Shown in pieces: positions 52,121 through 62,643 of a DNA stretch of 64,000 bases. The number at the start of each line of letters is the position of its first letter. Positions within the stretch are counted from its first letter, which is position 1. The notes under the pieces are model-generated. The model worked only from the letters and a program-made list of their open reading frames with translations, made no database searches and had not been told where the DNA came from. Source of the DNA: an uncultured Armatimonadia bacterium (GTDB taxonomy: Bacteria > Armatimonadota > Zipacnadia > CAVVLO01); the NCBI GenBank assembly GCA_963749155.1, contig CAVVLO010000002.1, forward strand, positions 1,440,001 through 1,504,000. The letters are read 5' to 3'. A program made the translations under genes and the position numbers.

Positions 52121-52831
52121 TTGAAGAAACGCGGCTTTACCCTGATCGAGCTGATGGTCGTGGTCGCGATCATCGCAATCTTGGCAGCCATCTTGTTCCC
52201 AGTGTTCAACAATGCCCGCAGAAAGGCACGCGCTACTCAGTGTCTCAGCAACATCAATCAGCTTGGAAAGGCATGTTTGATGTATGCTGACGATTTCGAC
52301 GGGCGCTTGTTCGACAATCCCTGGCCTGGACCGACAGTGGGTCACGTACAGACCTATTGGGCACTGGCCGTGCTGCCGTATGTCCAGAATATGGACATCT
52401 TCTCCTGCCCCGCCTGGGATTACAGCATCCGCCCCGGTAGTTACATAGATGCGCCCTTCAAGGTGGGATATGGCCTAAGCGACGTCATCGCCAACGGCGC
52501 TCCTGACAGGCCCTCTCCGATGCCACTGCAGATAATGCGCAGGCCAGCCGAAACCGCGCTGATTGGTGACGCGCCGTGGCTGTGGGGTTCGGGTTCCTAT
52601 TGGGAAGATCGCGACAGCGATGGCTACCGCGAAGCCTACTGGTGCCAGTCAGCAATCAACAGCGCCAGCTGGTGGTATGGGCGTCCCAGGCATATGGATG
52701 GCATCAATGTCTTCTTCTGTGACGGGCATGCCAAATTCAGTGGGCCTCCCAGCCTGACCGGCACTGGCAACGAGTGGGACTACAAAGCCTACTTCCAGGT
52801 CAAGCTCTGGCCAGCACCACCGCAGGAGTAA
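52121..52831 (+). CDS. Prepilin-type N-terminal cleavage/methylation protein with H-X9-DG motif (DUF1559-like)
   Basis: GFTLIELMVVVAIIAILAAILFPVF, CLSNINQ and RHMDGINVFFCDGH. GAGGAGG SD and TTG start. Confidence 0.93.
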   Translation: MKKRGFTLIELMVVVAIIAILAAILFPVFNNARRKARATQCLSNINQLGKACLMYADDFDGRLFDNPWPGPTVGHVQTYWALAVLPYVQNMDIFSCPAWDYSIRPGSYIDAPFKVGYGLSDVIANGAPDRPSPMPLQIMRRPAETALIGDAPWLWGSGSYWEDRDSDGYREAYWCQSAINSASWWYGRPRHMDGINVFFCDGHAKFSGPPSLTGTGNEWDYKAYFQVKLWPAPPQE

Positions 52832-52929
52832 TAATACTGAGACTCGCCACGCTCCGACTGGGGGAAGGCTGGGCTGCCGCCTGAACTACCCTAGCGGCGG
52901 AAGGTTGCGGTCTGTCACAAGCCATAAGC

Positions 52930-52961
52930 AAGGGCCACGGCTGCTTAGCCGTGGCCCTTTT
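52930..52961. terminator. Intrinsic terminator between convergent genes
   Basis: AAGGGCCACGGCT-GCTT-AGCCGTGGCCCTT-TT. Confidence 0.85.
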
Positions 52962-52982
52962 GCGCTAGCTTGATTAGTCCGA

Positions 52983-54044
52983 TTATTTAACTGTCGGGAC
53001 TTTCACCGCGAGTTCTTTCTTCTGCTCGGACGAGGTGTAGATCCCATCGAGGATGGTCTGCACCACGAGGGCCTGCTCGCCGGGCGAGGGATTCGGCTTG
53101 CCGGTGCGGACCGATTCGCAGAAAGCCTTCGTCTGCTCGAAGAAGTTATCCACCTGGGGCAGTGAGTCGGGCTTGAGGGTGGTGGTGGACATAAACTTAG
53201 TGCCAAGCACCTCGCAGGGATTCCACCGGGCGCCGCCCTTGGTGCCGTAAAGCTCGGAGTTCATCTGCTCGTTGCCCAGGTTGGCCGCCCAGCTCGCGCG
53301 CAGCACCAGGCTTGCGCCGTTGTCGAACCGCACGAGCGCCGCAGCATAATCTTCAACATCGTACTTCTTGGGATCCCAGCCGCCCCAACCGGGCACGTCG
53401 GGCTTCTTGGTGCCAATTTCGGCATAGGTGACGCCGGAGACGGTGACAGGCTTCGGGAAACCCATAAAATGCAGGGTCAGGTCGAGCATATGCACGCCGA
53501 TATCGATGATGGGGCCGCCGCCGGACTCGGCTTTGATGTAGAAAACGCCCCAGCCGGGGATGCCGCGCCTGCGCAGCGCCAGCACATTGGCGTGGTAGAT
53601 ATCGCCAAGCAGCCCTTCATCCACGGCCTGCTTTATGAACTGCGAGGCCGCCGCATACCGGTTTACCATTCCGACCATAAGCTGCTTGTCGTTCTTCTTT
53701 GCGGCTTTGACCATTGCGGTAGCTTCGTCCACGTTCATCGCGATGGGCTTCTCGCAGAGCACGTTGATGCCGGCGTTCAGCGCGGCGATGGTGACGGGCG
53801 CATGATACCGATTCTGGGTGCAGACGCTGACGCCGTCCAGTTCCTCTGACTTGAACATCTCGTTGTAATCAGAGTAGACCTTCGGGACGCAGAACTTTTC
53901 GGCGACTTCTTTGGCGCGAGCTTCGTTCACATCGCAGACGGCGGTCATCTTGACGCCCTCTACTTTGGCGTAAGCGGGCATATGGGCGCCAGAGCCGATG
54001 CCCCCAGTGCCAACAATTCCGATCTTGAGTGTCTTCTTGGCCAA
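52983..54044 (-). CDS. Gfo/Idh/MocA family oxidoreductase
   Basis: Motifs GIVGTGGIG, CEKP and GGGPIIDIGVH. Confidence 0.93.
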   Translation of the reverse strand: MAKKTLKIGIVGTGGIGSGAHMPAYAKVEGVKMTAVCDVNEARAKEVAEKFCVPKVYSDYNEMFKSEELDGVSVCTQNRYHAPVTIAALNAGINVLCEKPIAMNVDEATAMVKAAKKNDKQLMVGMVNRYAAASQFIKQAVDEGLLGDIYHANVLALRRRGIPGWGVFYIKAESGGGPIIDIGVHMLDLTLHFMGFPKPVTVSGVTYAEIGTKKPDVPGWGGWDPKKYDVEDYAAALVRFDNGASLVLRASWAANLGNEQMNSELYGTKGGARWNPCEVLGTKFMSTTTLKPDSLPQVDNFFEQTKAFCESVRTGKPNPSPGEQALVVQTILDGIYTSSEQKKELAVKVPTVK

Positions 54045-54258
54045 ACCTCTCACCTCTTGGTGTATTAGGATCGCTTTCCCGTTTGTACACTCTTCTGGCA
54101 GGATGTCAACCCCAACTAGAAGTGAGGCGGGGAAGGAGAGTTATTGTTTATGGCGTATCTAGCCCAGGCCTTCTCTCTTGCTTTGGGAAGACGGCAGGCT
54201 CATTCTCAACAGATACCCGGCTAGTCCGCCGGGAGCCACCTACCAGGAGGACGTCAGA

Positions 54259-55032
54259 ATGAAGATTGGTGTAGCAGGCTGGAGTATCCATCGCAGGTTT
54301 TTCAACAAGGAAGTCGCGCTGCTCGATTATCCGGCGCTGTGCAAGGAAGAATTTGGAGTAAGCGGTGTAGAACTCAACTCGCCCTTCTTCGAGAGTACCG
54401 AGGACGATTATCTGGATCAGCTTATGGCCAATGCAGACAAGGCCGGCGTAAAACTCATACATATCTCGGTGGATGCGCCAGGCAACCTGGCCTCGCTCGA
54501 TGAGGAAGAGCGCCAGGCCACCGTGGCCGAGCATCTCAAGTGGGGACGCATCGCAGGCAAACTCGGTTGCATCAGTTACCGCGCCAACACCGGAGGTTCG
54601 GCTGAAGCGCCTGACGATGAGATGGCCGCCTGCATCAAGAGCTGGACCGAACTGTGCGCTGATGCCGCTCCGCGCGGGGTAAAAGTCATTATCGAGAACC
54701 ATGGCGGCATCGCCAAATATCCCGATCCCATAATCCGCCTGATCGAAGCCGCGGGCCGCGACAGGGCCGGCGCCTGCCCCGACTTCGGCAACTGGACCGA
54801 GGATGTGCGGTACGAAGCGACCGCCAAGATGGCCCCGTATGCAGTTGTGATGCACGCCAAGTTCCACGATTTCGACGAGCAGGGCAACCATCCGGCCTGG
54901 GATATCGCCAGGTGCGTCCAGCTTTGCAAGGACGGCGGCTTCGATGGCTGGTATCTGATCGAGTTCGAGGGGCAGAAGGACGACCACGAGGGCGTTCTCA
55001 GGGCAATCGAGCTGCTCAAGGCGCTTGCCTGA
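54259..55032 (+). CDS. Sugar phosphate isomerase/epimerase (xylose isomerase-like TIM barrel)
   Basis: AGGAGG SD, motifs IENHGG, CPDFGN, HAK and IEFEG. Confidence 0.88.
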   Translation: MKIGVAGWSIHRRFFNKEVALLDYPALCKEEFGVSGVELNSPFFESTEDDYLDQLMANADKAGVKLIHISVDAPGNLASLDEEERQATVAEHLKWGRIAGKLGCISYRANTGGSAEAPDDEMAACIKSWTELCADAAPRGVKVIIENHGGIAKYPDPIIRLIEAAGRDRAGACPDFGNWTEDVRYEATAKMAPYAVVMHAKFHDFDEQGNHPAWDIARCVQLCKDGGFDGWYLIEFEGQKDDHEGVLRAIELLKALA

Positions 55033-55044
55033 TAGTCAATATAA

Positions 55045-55072
55045 AGGGGCGCTCCTGTCCTGGGGCGCCCCT
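55045..55072 (+). terminator. Hairpin, probable terminator
   Basis: AGGGGCGC...GCGCCCCT after the stop at 55032. Confidence 0.5.
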
Positions 55073-55078
55073 GAAAGC

Positions 55079-55107
55079 TTGAGTCGCGCCTCATCGCCCC
55101 CTATACT
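55079..55107 (+). promoter_or_regulatory. sigma70-type promoter
   Basis: TTGAGT-17 nt-TATACT upstream of the helicase. Confidence 0.55.
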
Positions 55108-55136
55108 GGGAGGTGACACTCTCAGGGAGCCAGCCA

Positions 55137-57615
55137 ATGAGCTTCAGTTTCGACAGTTTCCTCGCGTACATCACCAATTCGGACTTCTACAAGGGCCAAC
55201 TGGTCCATGTAGAGGAGTCACCTGCGCGGCGCGCGAGATACGGCAAGCTGGGGGTTGCCTTGCCCGAGGCGCTCGAAAAAGCCCTCGAGTCGGCAGGTAT
55301 CAAGAAGCTCTACCTCCATCAGACCGAGGCCATCGAAGCCCTCGCGGCAGGACAGAATGTCACCATCGTTACCGGCACAGCCAGCGGTAAGACTCTCTGT
55401 TACAACATCCCGGTGCTTTCCAGCCTGATAGAAGACTTCACCTCCCGCGCGCTATATCTCTATCCGACGAAAGCGCTGGCTCAGGATCAGCTAAAAGGCT
55501 TGCAGCGACTGCTGGACCTGCTGCCCGGGGTGAACGCTCTGGCCGGCACTTATGATGGAGATACCCCGCAGGACGCCCGCCAGAAGCTGCGCGACAGCGG
55601 AAGCCTGGTGCTGACCAATCCTGATATGCTGCACTCGGGCATACTGCCCAACCACGCGCGCTGGGCGAGATTCTTCGGCAAGCTCAAATACATCGTGATT
55701 GATGAGATCCACAGCTACCGGGGAGTCTTCGGCAGCAACGTGGCCGAGGTTTTCAGGCGGCTCAACCGGATTTGCGAGCGTTATGGCACCAATCCCCAAT
55801 ATGTGTGCTGTTCGGCGACCATCCGCAATCCAGGCGAACTGGCCGAGCAGCTTACCGAACGGGCTATGACCGTTGTGGACGAGGATGGCGCGCCGAAAGG
55901 GCCGCGCAAGTTCGTCTTCTGGAATCCACCTTTCGTCGAGACCGAGCCAGGCCTGCAGGCGCAGTCCCAACACCGAAGCCCAGTTTCTGATGGTCGAACT
56001 CATCAAGCAGCGGATCCCGACCATCTGTTTCGTCCCAACGCGGTCGGGTACCGAACTGGTTTTCCGTTATGTGCAGGATGAGCTGCAAAAAGAATCGCCG
56101 CGACTTGCCAAAATGGTCTGTACCTATCGCGGAGGCTATCTGCCCTCCGAACGCAGGGAGCTGGAACGCAAACTATTTGCGGGCGAGATGCTCGGGGTCG
56201 TCAGCACCAATGCGCTGGAGCTTGGGATAGACATCGGCGCGCTGCAAGCCTGTATCATCGCGGGCTTCCCAGGCACCATCAACTCGACCTTGCAGCAGGC
56301 AGGGCGGGCTGGACGCGGCAAAGACGAGGCATTGGTGGCTCTGATAGCGCGCAACACGCCTATAGATCAATATATAATGCATCATCCTGAATATTTCCTC
56401 GGCCGCACCCCCGAGAGCGCCATCATAGACCCCGAAAATCCATATATCCTCTCCGGTCATCTGCCCTGCGCCGCTCGAGAACTGCCCCTGACCGAGGGAG
56501 AAGCTCAGAGTCGGTTTGGCAAGTATGCGCCGGGCGTGCTGGATTTGCTGGCGGAAGGGAATCAGCTGCGCTTCCTCAGCGGGCAGTGGTATTACGGCAA
56601 GGGAGGCTTTCCCGCCGCCAAGGTTAGCTTGCGCAATATCACCGCGGGCAACTACACCATCGTCGACACGAGCAGTGGTCGCAACTTCGTCATCGGCGAG
56701 CAGGATGAGATCTCGGCTTTCTATCAGTTGCACACCGAGGCGGTTTATCTCCACCTCGGCGAGACCTATTTCGTGAAGAAACTTGATTTGGAGAAGCGCC
56801 AGTCCTTCGTCGTGAAGGAGGATGTCGACTACTACACCCAGGCGGTGGACGACACCTCGATAGTGGTCAGGGAGACCGAACTCACCAAACCTCTGCAGGC
56901 AGGCAAAAGTTAGACTTCGGCCCCGTTGACGTTACGACTACGGTGTTTATGTTCCGCAAGATAAAGTTTGGCAGCTTCGACAGCATCGGATTTCGGCAAC
57001 CTGGATCTGCCACCGCGCACACTCGGCACGATGGCGATGTGGCTGGTGCCGCCAAGAGAAACCCTCACACGCGTGCAATCGTATAACCGGGTGCCTGGAG
57101 ATGGCCTGCTGGGCATCAGCAACGTGCTGGGAGCAGTGCTGCCCATCTTCACAATGTGCGACCCGCGCGATGTCGGCACCACGGTGGATGTGACCAACAC
57201 GCCACTGCCCGCCATCTACGTTTATGACAAGGTGGAAGGGGGCGTCGGCTACGCGGAGCGAGGCTATGAGGTCGTCGAAGACATTTTGCAAGCGGCGCTC
57301 GTGCTGGTGAACGATTGCCCCTGCTCCCGAGGGTGTCCCTCCTGCGTCGGCGCGCCCATCCCGCCCTGGGCCTTCGATGAGCGAGGCATAAGCTCGCGCG
57401 GGTTCCTGCCCGACAAGGAGGCCGCCAAGGTCATCCTGCATGACCTCTTGGGGCTGGAGCCTTATGTCCCACCTCCGCTTACTCAGGAGGAGGAGGACAT
57501 CCGCCAGGGCCGCGTAATCGAAGAGACCGACGACAAGCAACGCGCGACCGACCGGATGCTGCCGGAGGGCGTGGAGAAGCGGCTTCGCGACCGCTTGAGG
57601 AAGCACAAGAGCTAG
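55137..57615 (+). CDS. DEAD/DEAH-box helicase with C-terminal DUF1998 Zn-binding domain (MrfA/YprA/Hrq1-like); frameshifts near 55950, 56905 and 56990
   Basis: Motifs GTASGKT, YPTKALAQDQ, DEIH, SAT, ALELGIDIG, QQAGRAGR and MCDPRD..CPCSRGCPSC. Confidence 0.9.
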
Positions 57616-57630
57616 GGGGAGAGCAGCCCG

Positions 57631-58161
57631 ATGCCTTACGACAACTATGAAGGTCCCACCAACGAAGTCGGTCTGCGCCGAAGTGTAATGATTTTGGGCA
57701 AGCTGGCCCCTGTAGTTGGGCTGGCCGGTTATGCCGCAGTCATAATCATAATGCGGGTATCAGGCGCAAGCGTAATCGGGATGGAAGGCCTGAAAAGCTT
57801 TCCCTGGTTATTCCACGCCGGGGCAGGCGCGGTGGTACTGGCCGCACTCGTAGGCACGGTTATTCGGCGTATGCTTATCGCGAAAGCAGTAAATGCCCTG
57901 GTAGAGCCTGGAGGGTCCAGACGGTGTTTCTCCCTCCTGCAGGGAGCCTTGCTGGTAGAGCTTTTCGCAGTGGACTTCTGTGGCCTTATCGGCCTGCTGC
58001 TGTTCTTCCTGGCTGGGCTTGTGAAGGAGCCCCTTTACCTGATGGCAGGCGCGGGTGGGCTTTGGGTTTACTTCATAATGCAGCACCCCGAATATGAGGT
58101 TATCGCAAAACAGGCCCAGCAGATGGCCGACCTCGAGGAGAGCAATCGAGATGACAAGTAG
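57631..58161 (+). CDS. Hypothetical membrane protein (about 4 TM)
   Basis: Hydrophobic segments. Fills the gap between co-oriented genes. Confidence 0.65.
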   Translation: MPYDNYEGPTNEVGLRRSVMILGKLAPVVGLAGYAAVIIIMRVSGASVIGMEGLKSFPWLFHAGAGAVVLAALVGTVIRRMLIAKAVNALVEPGGSRRCFSLLQGALLVELFAVDFCGLIGLLLFFLAGLVKEPLYLMAGAGGLWVYFIMQHPEYEVIAKQAQQMADLEESNRDDK

Positions 58162-59144
58162 AGAACGCGTAAAGCGCGCCATCGCCTTTGAAGGGCCAGA
58201 CCGGGTGCCGGTTGTTTTCCACTGCTTTGGCGAGAGCGACATCGAGGGTATGGGGCCAGGCGGAGAGGCAAGTCCCAAACACGCCGGAGAAGGCCTCGAC
58301 GAGTTCGGTTGCCGGTGGGACAAAGTGGATGAAGACAAGACTGGTATCCGCAATATGGGCCAGGTCAAAGGCCATCCCATAAAGACGCGCGATGATTTGT
58401 TGAATTATGAATGGCCTGACTACACACGGCCCGAGCGGATGGCGCATATACCCGAGCAGCTTGCAGCCTTTGAGGCGCAGGAGAAATATGTCTTCTTTGG
58501 CCTGGGCAACACCTTGCTCGAACGCGCCTGGATGATGCGCGGCATGGAAGAGCTGTTTCTGGATATGATTGAAGACCCAACCTGGGCGCACGAGCTGCTT
58601 GGGGGCATCTTCAAGTCGCGCTGGGACGCTCTAAATCAGCTTGCTCCTTATGCGGGGCGCATCGACGCCATCTACTGGGGCGATGACTGGGGCACGCAGA
58701 ACGCGTTGCTCATCTCGCTGCCAATGTTCAGAGAGTTCTACAAGCCACTTTATGCCAAACTCTTCGCCCGGGCGCAGGAATTTGGGATGGCCAATGTGCT
58801 GCACTCTTGCGGGCAGATCACCGAGGCTATTGATGACTTCCTCGAGATAGGCCTTCACGTGGTGGATATGGAGCAACCGAAGGCCACCGGGCATAGATAT
58901 GCTCTCGAATCGCTTCCAGGGGCGCATCTGCTTCTTCTGTCCGGTTGATATCCAGCGCACCTTGCCTTATGGCACAAAGGAAGAGATAGAGGCCGAGGCG
59001 AGGGAGCTTATCGAGAAACTCGGTACGCCGAAGGGCGGTTTTATCGCCTCTGATTATGCAAATCATCCCGCAATTGGGGTGCCGGACGAGAAAGTTTTCT
59101 GGTCTTATGAAGCCTTTAAACGCTATGGAGTGTATAAAGCTTAG
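58151..59144 (+). CDS. Uroporphyrinogen decarboxylase (UroD/MetE-like) family protein (frameshift near 58885)
   Basis: MTSRERVKRAIAFEGPDRVP, RGMEELFLD, GDDWGTQ and LHSCG. The C-terminus CPVDIQ..GGFI is in the next frame. Confidence 0.88.
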
Positions 59145-59164
59145 GGTAAAGAGGGCTTGTTTCC

Positions 59165-59193
59165 TTGACAAAGGGCTTCCGGGGCGCGAAAAT
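59165..59193 (+). promoter_or_regulatory. sigma70-type promoter
   Basis: TTGACA-17 nt-GAAAAT. Confidence 0.45.
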
Positions 59194-59237
59194 GGGAAGG
59201 TGCCCCTTGAGGGCGTGAGCGCCAGTACTCACAAAGG

Positions 59238-59483
59238 GTGATTAATGTGGCTAACATCGACGTGCAAGACAACCAGGAAAAAGGCGGCTGTGGCGGCTTC
59301 ATCAAAACGATGGCAGTTGGTTGCCTGGGCTGGATTCTGGTCTTCTTCATCCTCGGACTGGTAGGCGCCGGTGTGGCTTACGTTCAGGACAAGAAGTTCC
59401 AGGCCGAACTCGAGCGCGAACAGAAAGAACTCGAAGCGCAACGCGCCGCTGAAGAGACAAGCGAAGAAAAGCCGGAAGGCTAA
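59238..59483 (+). CDS. Small single-TM protein with charged C-terminal tail
   Basis: TM segment GCLGWILVFFILGLVGAGVAY and a Glu/Lys-rich tail. Confidence 0.65.
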   Translation: MINVANIDVQDNQEKGGCGGFIKTMAVGCLGWILVFFILGLVGAGVAYVQDKKFQAELEREQKELEAQRAAEETSEEKPEG

Positions 59484-59504
59484 CGAGCTTCGTACTGCTC
59501 CAAA

Positions 59505-60287
59505 TTAACCTGAGGGGCTGACTCCGGTCGGTCCCTCTTTGCTTGCCTGGGCGGGATAGGCTCCACGAGAGGCCCAGACTCTGATCTTGATGAGGTCGCG
59601 AAGCATCCGCAGCACGTCCAGCACCGGCCTGACCTTGCCCCCTGGCTCGTAGAACCAGTCCACGCGCACCTCGGCCAGGTTATACCCGAGGCGCCTTGCG
59701 ACATAGAGGATCTCGACTTCCGAGGCATAGCCTCTGATGCGCTGGGCCGCGTATACCTGCAGAGCCACCTCCTTGCGGAAGAGCTTGAAGCCGGTCTGGG
59801 TATCGTGGACGCCAGGCAGCAGCAGGGCTCTTACCAGCAGATTGAATATCCGGCCTCTGAACCGGCGGAAGGCCGGCTCTCCCAGGCGCCTTCTCCAGCC
59901 CAGCACCACAGGCGCGCCTTGCTGGGCCGGCCCCATCAGCTTGGGAAGCTCCGAAAGGGGCATCGAGAGGTCCGCATCACAGAGGAAAACATACTGGCCC
60001 TGGGCCGCTTCGATTCCGCCCTTTAGGGCGCTGCCCTTACCCCCGTGCGGCAGAGCCAGCACGCGCAGCGAAGGGATGCGGTCTTTGAACGCCTCGGCCG
60101 CCTGGCGAGTGGCATCGGTAGAGCCATCATCGGCAACGACGACTTCAGTGGCACATTCAAGCCCTGGCAGGCCCTCGGCCAGCTTGGCAAGGGTCGCCGG
60201 CAGGCGCTGCTCCTCGTTGTAGCAGGGGATAACCAGACTCAGCAGGGGAGAGGTTTCCACTTTAGCTGGAGACCTGCCCTTCGGCAT
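59505..60287 (-). CDS. GT2 glycosyltransferase (dolichyl-phosphate glucosyltransferase-like)
   Basis: Motifs VIPCYNEE, DDGSTD, GKG, CDADLS and DTQTGFKLF. Confidence 0.9.
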   Translation of the reverse strand: MPKGRSPAKVETSPLLSLVIPCYNEEQRLPATLAKLAEGLPGLECATEVVVADDGSTDATRQAAEAFKDRIPSLRVLALPHGGKGSALKGGIEAAQGQYVFLCDADLSMPLSELPKLMGPAQQGAPVVLGWRRRLGEPAFRRFRGRIFNLLVRALLLPGVHDTQTGFKLFRKEVALQVYAAQRIRGYASEVEILYVARRLGYNLAEVRVDWFYEPGGKVRPVLDVLRMLRDLIKIRVWASRGAYPAQASKEGPTGVSPSG

Positions 60288-62544
60288 ACTTAATCATCAG
60301 CGCGGCAGCCTCTTTGCCGGCTCCCATCGCGCTGATGACTGTCGCGGCGCCGGAAACGATATCTCCCCCGGCGAAAACTCCCGGCACCGAGGTCATCATA
60401 GTGACCTCGTCCACCCAAAGACCACCCCAGTCGTTCAGCTTCAGCCCCTCGGTCACGTCAGCAAGCAAAGGACTTGGCACCTGGCCGATGGCAACGACAA
60501 CGTTGTCCACCTCCTGGCGGAACTCCGAGCCTGGCAGTGGCACAGGCCGGCGGCGGCCGGAAGCGTCAGGCTCACCCAGCTCCATCCGCTGGATGAGAGC
60601 CGCCTTTACATGGCCTTTGTCGTCCACTTCATAGGAGAGGGGCGCCTGCAGCAGTTGAAAGATAATACCTTCTTCCTCGGCGCGCTGGATTTCTTCAATC
60701 CTGGCGGGCATCTCATTGCGAGTCCGCCTGTAGATGATGCTGACCTGTTTTGCCCCAGCGCGCACCGAAGCTCGAGCGGCGTCCATCGCCACATTGCCCG
60801 CGCCTATGACTACGACCTTGTCTCCTAGCTCGACAGGGGTTGCGTAGAGGGGGAAAAGATAGGCTTTCATCAGGTTTATGCGCGTCAGCAGCTCGTTGGC
60901 GGAGTATATGCCATTGGCGTTTTCGCCCGGGATGTTCATAAAACTGGGCAGGCCCGCGCCCGCGCCAATGAAGGCCGCCTGGTAGCCTTGCTCGAAGAGT
61001 TGCGGCAGGGTAAGCGTGCGGCCAATAAGCACGTCAGTAGCGAGGGTTACGCCCAGGGCTTCGATGAAATGCGCCTCGTATTCGACAAGGCTCTTGGGCA
61101 GGCGGAACTCCGGGATGCCATACATCAGTACGCCCCCAGGTTTGTGGAGGCTCTCGAAGAGGGTTACCTCGCAGCCCACGCGCGCAAGTTCGCCCGCACA
61201 GGTAAGGCCCGCTGGTCCGGAGCCGATAATCGCCATCTTCAGCCCGCGCGGTTTCACATCGCGCAGAATCTCGGCGGCGACTTCTTCCTGGGTAAGATTT
61301 TCGCGTTCCCAGTCGGCAAGGAAGCGCTCCAGATAACCGATGCCTATAACATCGTCCATCCGGCCCCGGGTGCAGTGCTTCTGACATTGGTCTTCCTGGG
61401 GGCAGACACGCCCGCAGATGGCAGGCAGAGTGGTGGCTTGCTTGAGTATGCGCAGCCCCTCGCGGAAATCGCCCTCGACCATCGGCTTGATGAAGCCAGG
61501 TATGTCGATATGAACAGGACAATCTGCGATACAGGGCGCGTTTTTGCATTGAAGGCACCGAGCGGCCTCGACCCTGGCTTGTTCGGCAGAATAACCAAGT
61601 GGAACTTCGGAAAAATTATGGATGCGCTCTGCGACTGGTTGCTCGCGCATCGGCTGGCGGGTCTTGAGAGTTAGATCGACCTCTGCTGCGCCGGAGGTCA
61701 GGTTGCAGGCGTACTCGACAGGTTGCTCGGCTTCCGTAGGCGCTGTCTCGAGGTCGCGGTACATCCGCTGACGGGTGGAGAGTTCGTCCCAGTCCACCTC
61801 GTGAGCGTCGAAATCCGGCCCGTCCTTACAAGTGAAACGCGTCTTGCCAGCCACGGTCACCCGACAGGCGCCGCACATCCCGGTGCCGTCCACCATAATG
61901 GGATTGAGACTGGCGACGGTCTTGATACCGCGTTCGGCGGTTACTCTGGACAGCGCGCGCATCATCGGGGTCGGGCCGATTACAAAGACAAAATCTATTG
62001 CGCGCCCTTCGTCCAGCAGCTTGATCAGCGCATCGGAAACAAAGCCTTTCATCCCGCGAGAACCATCGTCCGTGCAGATAACCAGTTCCTGGCAAGCCTG
62101 GGCCATCCGTTCTTCATAGATAAGCAGATCGGCCGTGCGGGCGCCAATGATGCCTATAACGTGGTTGCCGGCGGCTCGCATCGCGTTGGCAACGGGCAGC
62201 GCCGCGCCAATGCCGACGCCGCCACCGATGACCGCCACAGTGCCGAATTGCTTCACTTCGGTGGGATGTCCAAGTGGCCCAAGCACATTGGCAACCTGAT
62301 CGCCAGTTTTGAGGGTCGCCAGCTGGTTGGTCGTGCGACCCGCCGCAAGGAAGACCAACTCTACCAGGCCAGTCTCAGGATAGGTCTCGACGATGGTGAG
62401 AGGTATACGTTCGCCGACTTCATCCACCCGAAGCACGACGAACTGCCCGGCCTTCCCGCTTTGGGCGATCAGGGGGGCATCAACCATCAAGACATAATTG
62501 CGTTCGCCAATCTGAGTTTTCTCGATGATATCGTACAAAGCCAT
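60262..62544 (-). CDS. Fused NfnAB (SudBA-like) NADH-dependent ferredoxin:NADP+ oxidoreductase
   Basis: N-terminal FNR-like half (GQFVV..GERIPLT, DGTGMCGACR..CKDGP) is in frame with a GltD-like half (RCLQC..C..CP, CGRVCPQEDQC, GSGPAG, GAGNVAMD). Confidence 0.88.
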   Translation of the reverse strand: MALYDIIEKTQIGERNYVLMVDAPLIAQSGKAGQFVVLRVDEVGERIPLTIVETYPETGLVELVFLAAGRTTNQLATLKTGDQVANVLGPLGHPTEVKQFGTVAVIGGGVGIGAALPVANAMRAAGNHVIGIIGARTADLLIYEERMAQACQELVICTDDGSRGMKGFVSDALIKLLDEGRAIDFVFVIGPTPMMRALSRVTAERGIKTVASLNPIMVDGTGMCGACRVTVAGKTRFTCKDGPDFDAHEVDWDELSTRQRMYRDLETAPTEAEQPVEYACNLTSGAAEVDLTLKTRQPMREQPVAERIHNFSEVPLGYSAEQARVEAARCLQCKNAPCIADCPVHIDIPGFIKPMVEGDFREGLRILKQATTLPAICGRVCPQEDQCQKHCTRGRMDDVIGIGYLERFLADWERENLTQEEVAAEILRDVKPRGLKMAIIGSGPAGLTCAGELARVGCEVTLFESLHKPGGVLMYGIPEFRLPKSLVEYEAHFIEALGVTLATDVLIGRTLTLPQLFEQGYQAAFIGAGAGLPSFMNIPGENANGIYSANELLTRINLMKAYLFPLYATPVELGDKVVVIGAGNVAMDAARASVRAGAKQVSIIYRRTRNEMPARIEEIQRAEEEGIIFQLLQAPLSYEVDDKGHVKAALIQRMELGEPDASGRRRPVPLPGSEFRQEVDNVVVAIGQVPSPLLADVTEGLKLNDWGGLWVDEVTMMTSVPGVFAGGDIVSGAATVISAMGAGKEAAALMIKYAEGQVSS

Positions 62545-62608
62545 CCACTTCCCATTTCAGTGCTTAAGGCCAAGGGTACAGAAGAAGAGGGGCCTAGTAC
62601 AAGTAAAC

Positions 62609-62637
62609 TTGTCCTGCCCGCTATGCGCGCCTATACT
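62609..62637 (+). promoter_or_regulatory. sigma70-type promoter, probably giving a leaderless mRNA
   Basis: TTGTCC-17 nt-TATACT, then 6 nt, then GTG 62644. Confidence 0.55.
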
Positions 62638-62643
62638 GAGGGC

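Noticed and set aside
56905..56915. In-frame TAG in the helicase as pyrrolysine or readthrough (likewise TGA stops in other split genes as selenocysteine)
   Set aside because: The plausible protein sequence continues in a different frame between two compensating indels, so these are frameshifts and not recoding.
61723..62643. 5' extension of the 746-aa + strand ORF
   Set aside because: It is an antisense shadow of nfnAB. The signal peptide and promoter place the real start near 62644.
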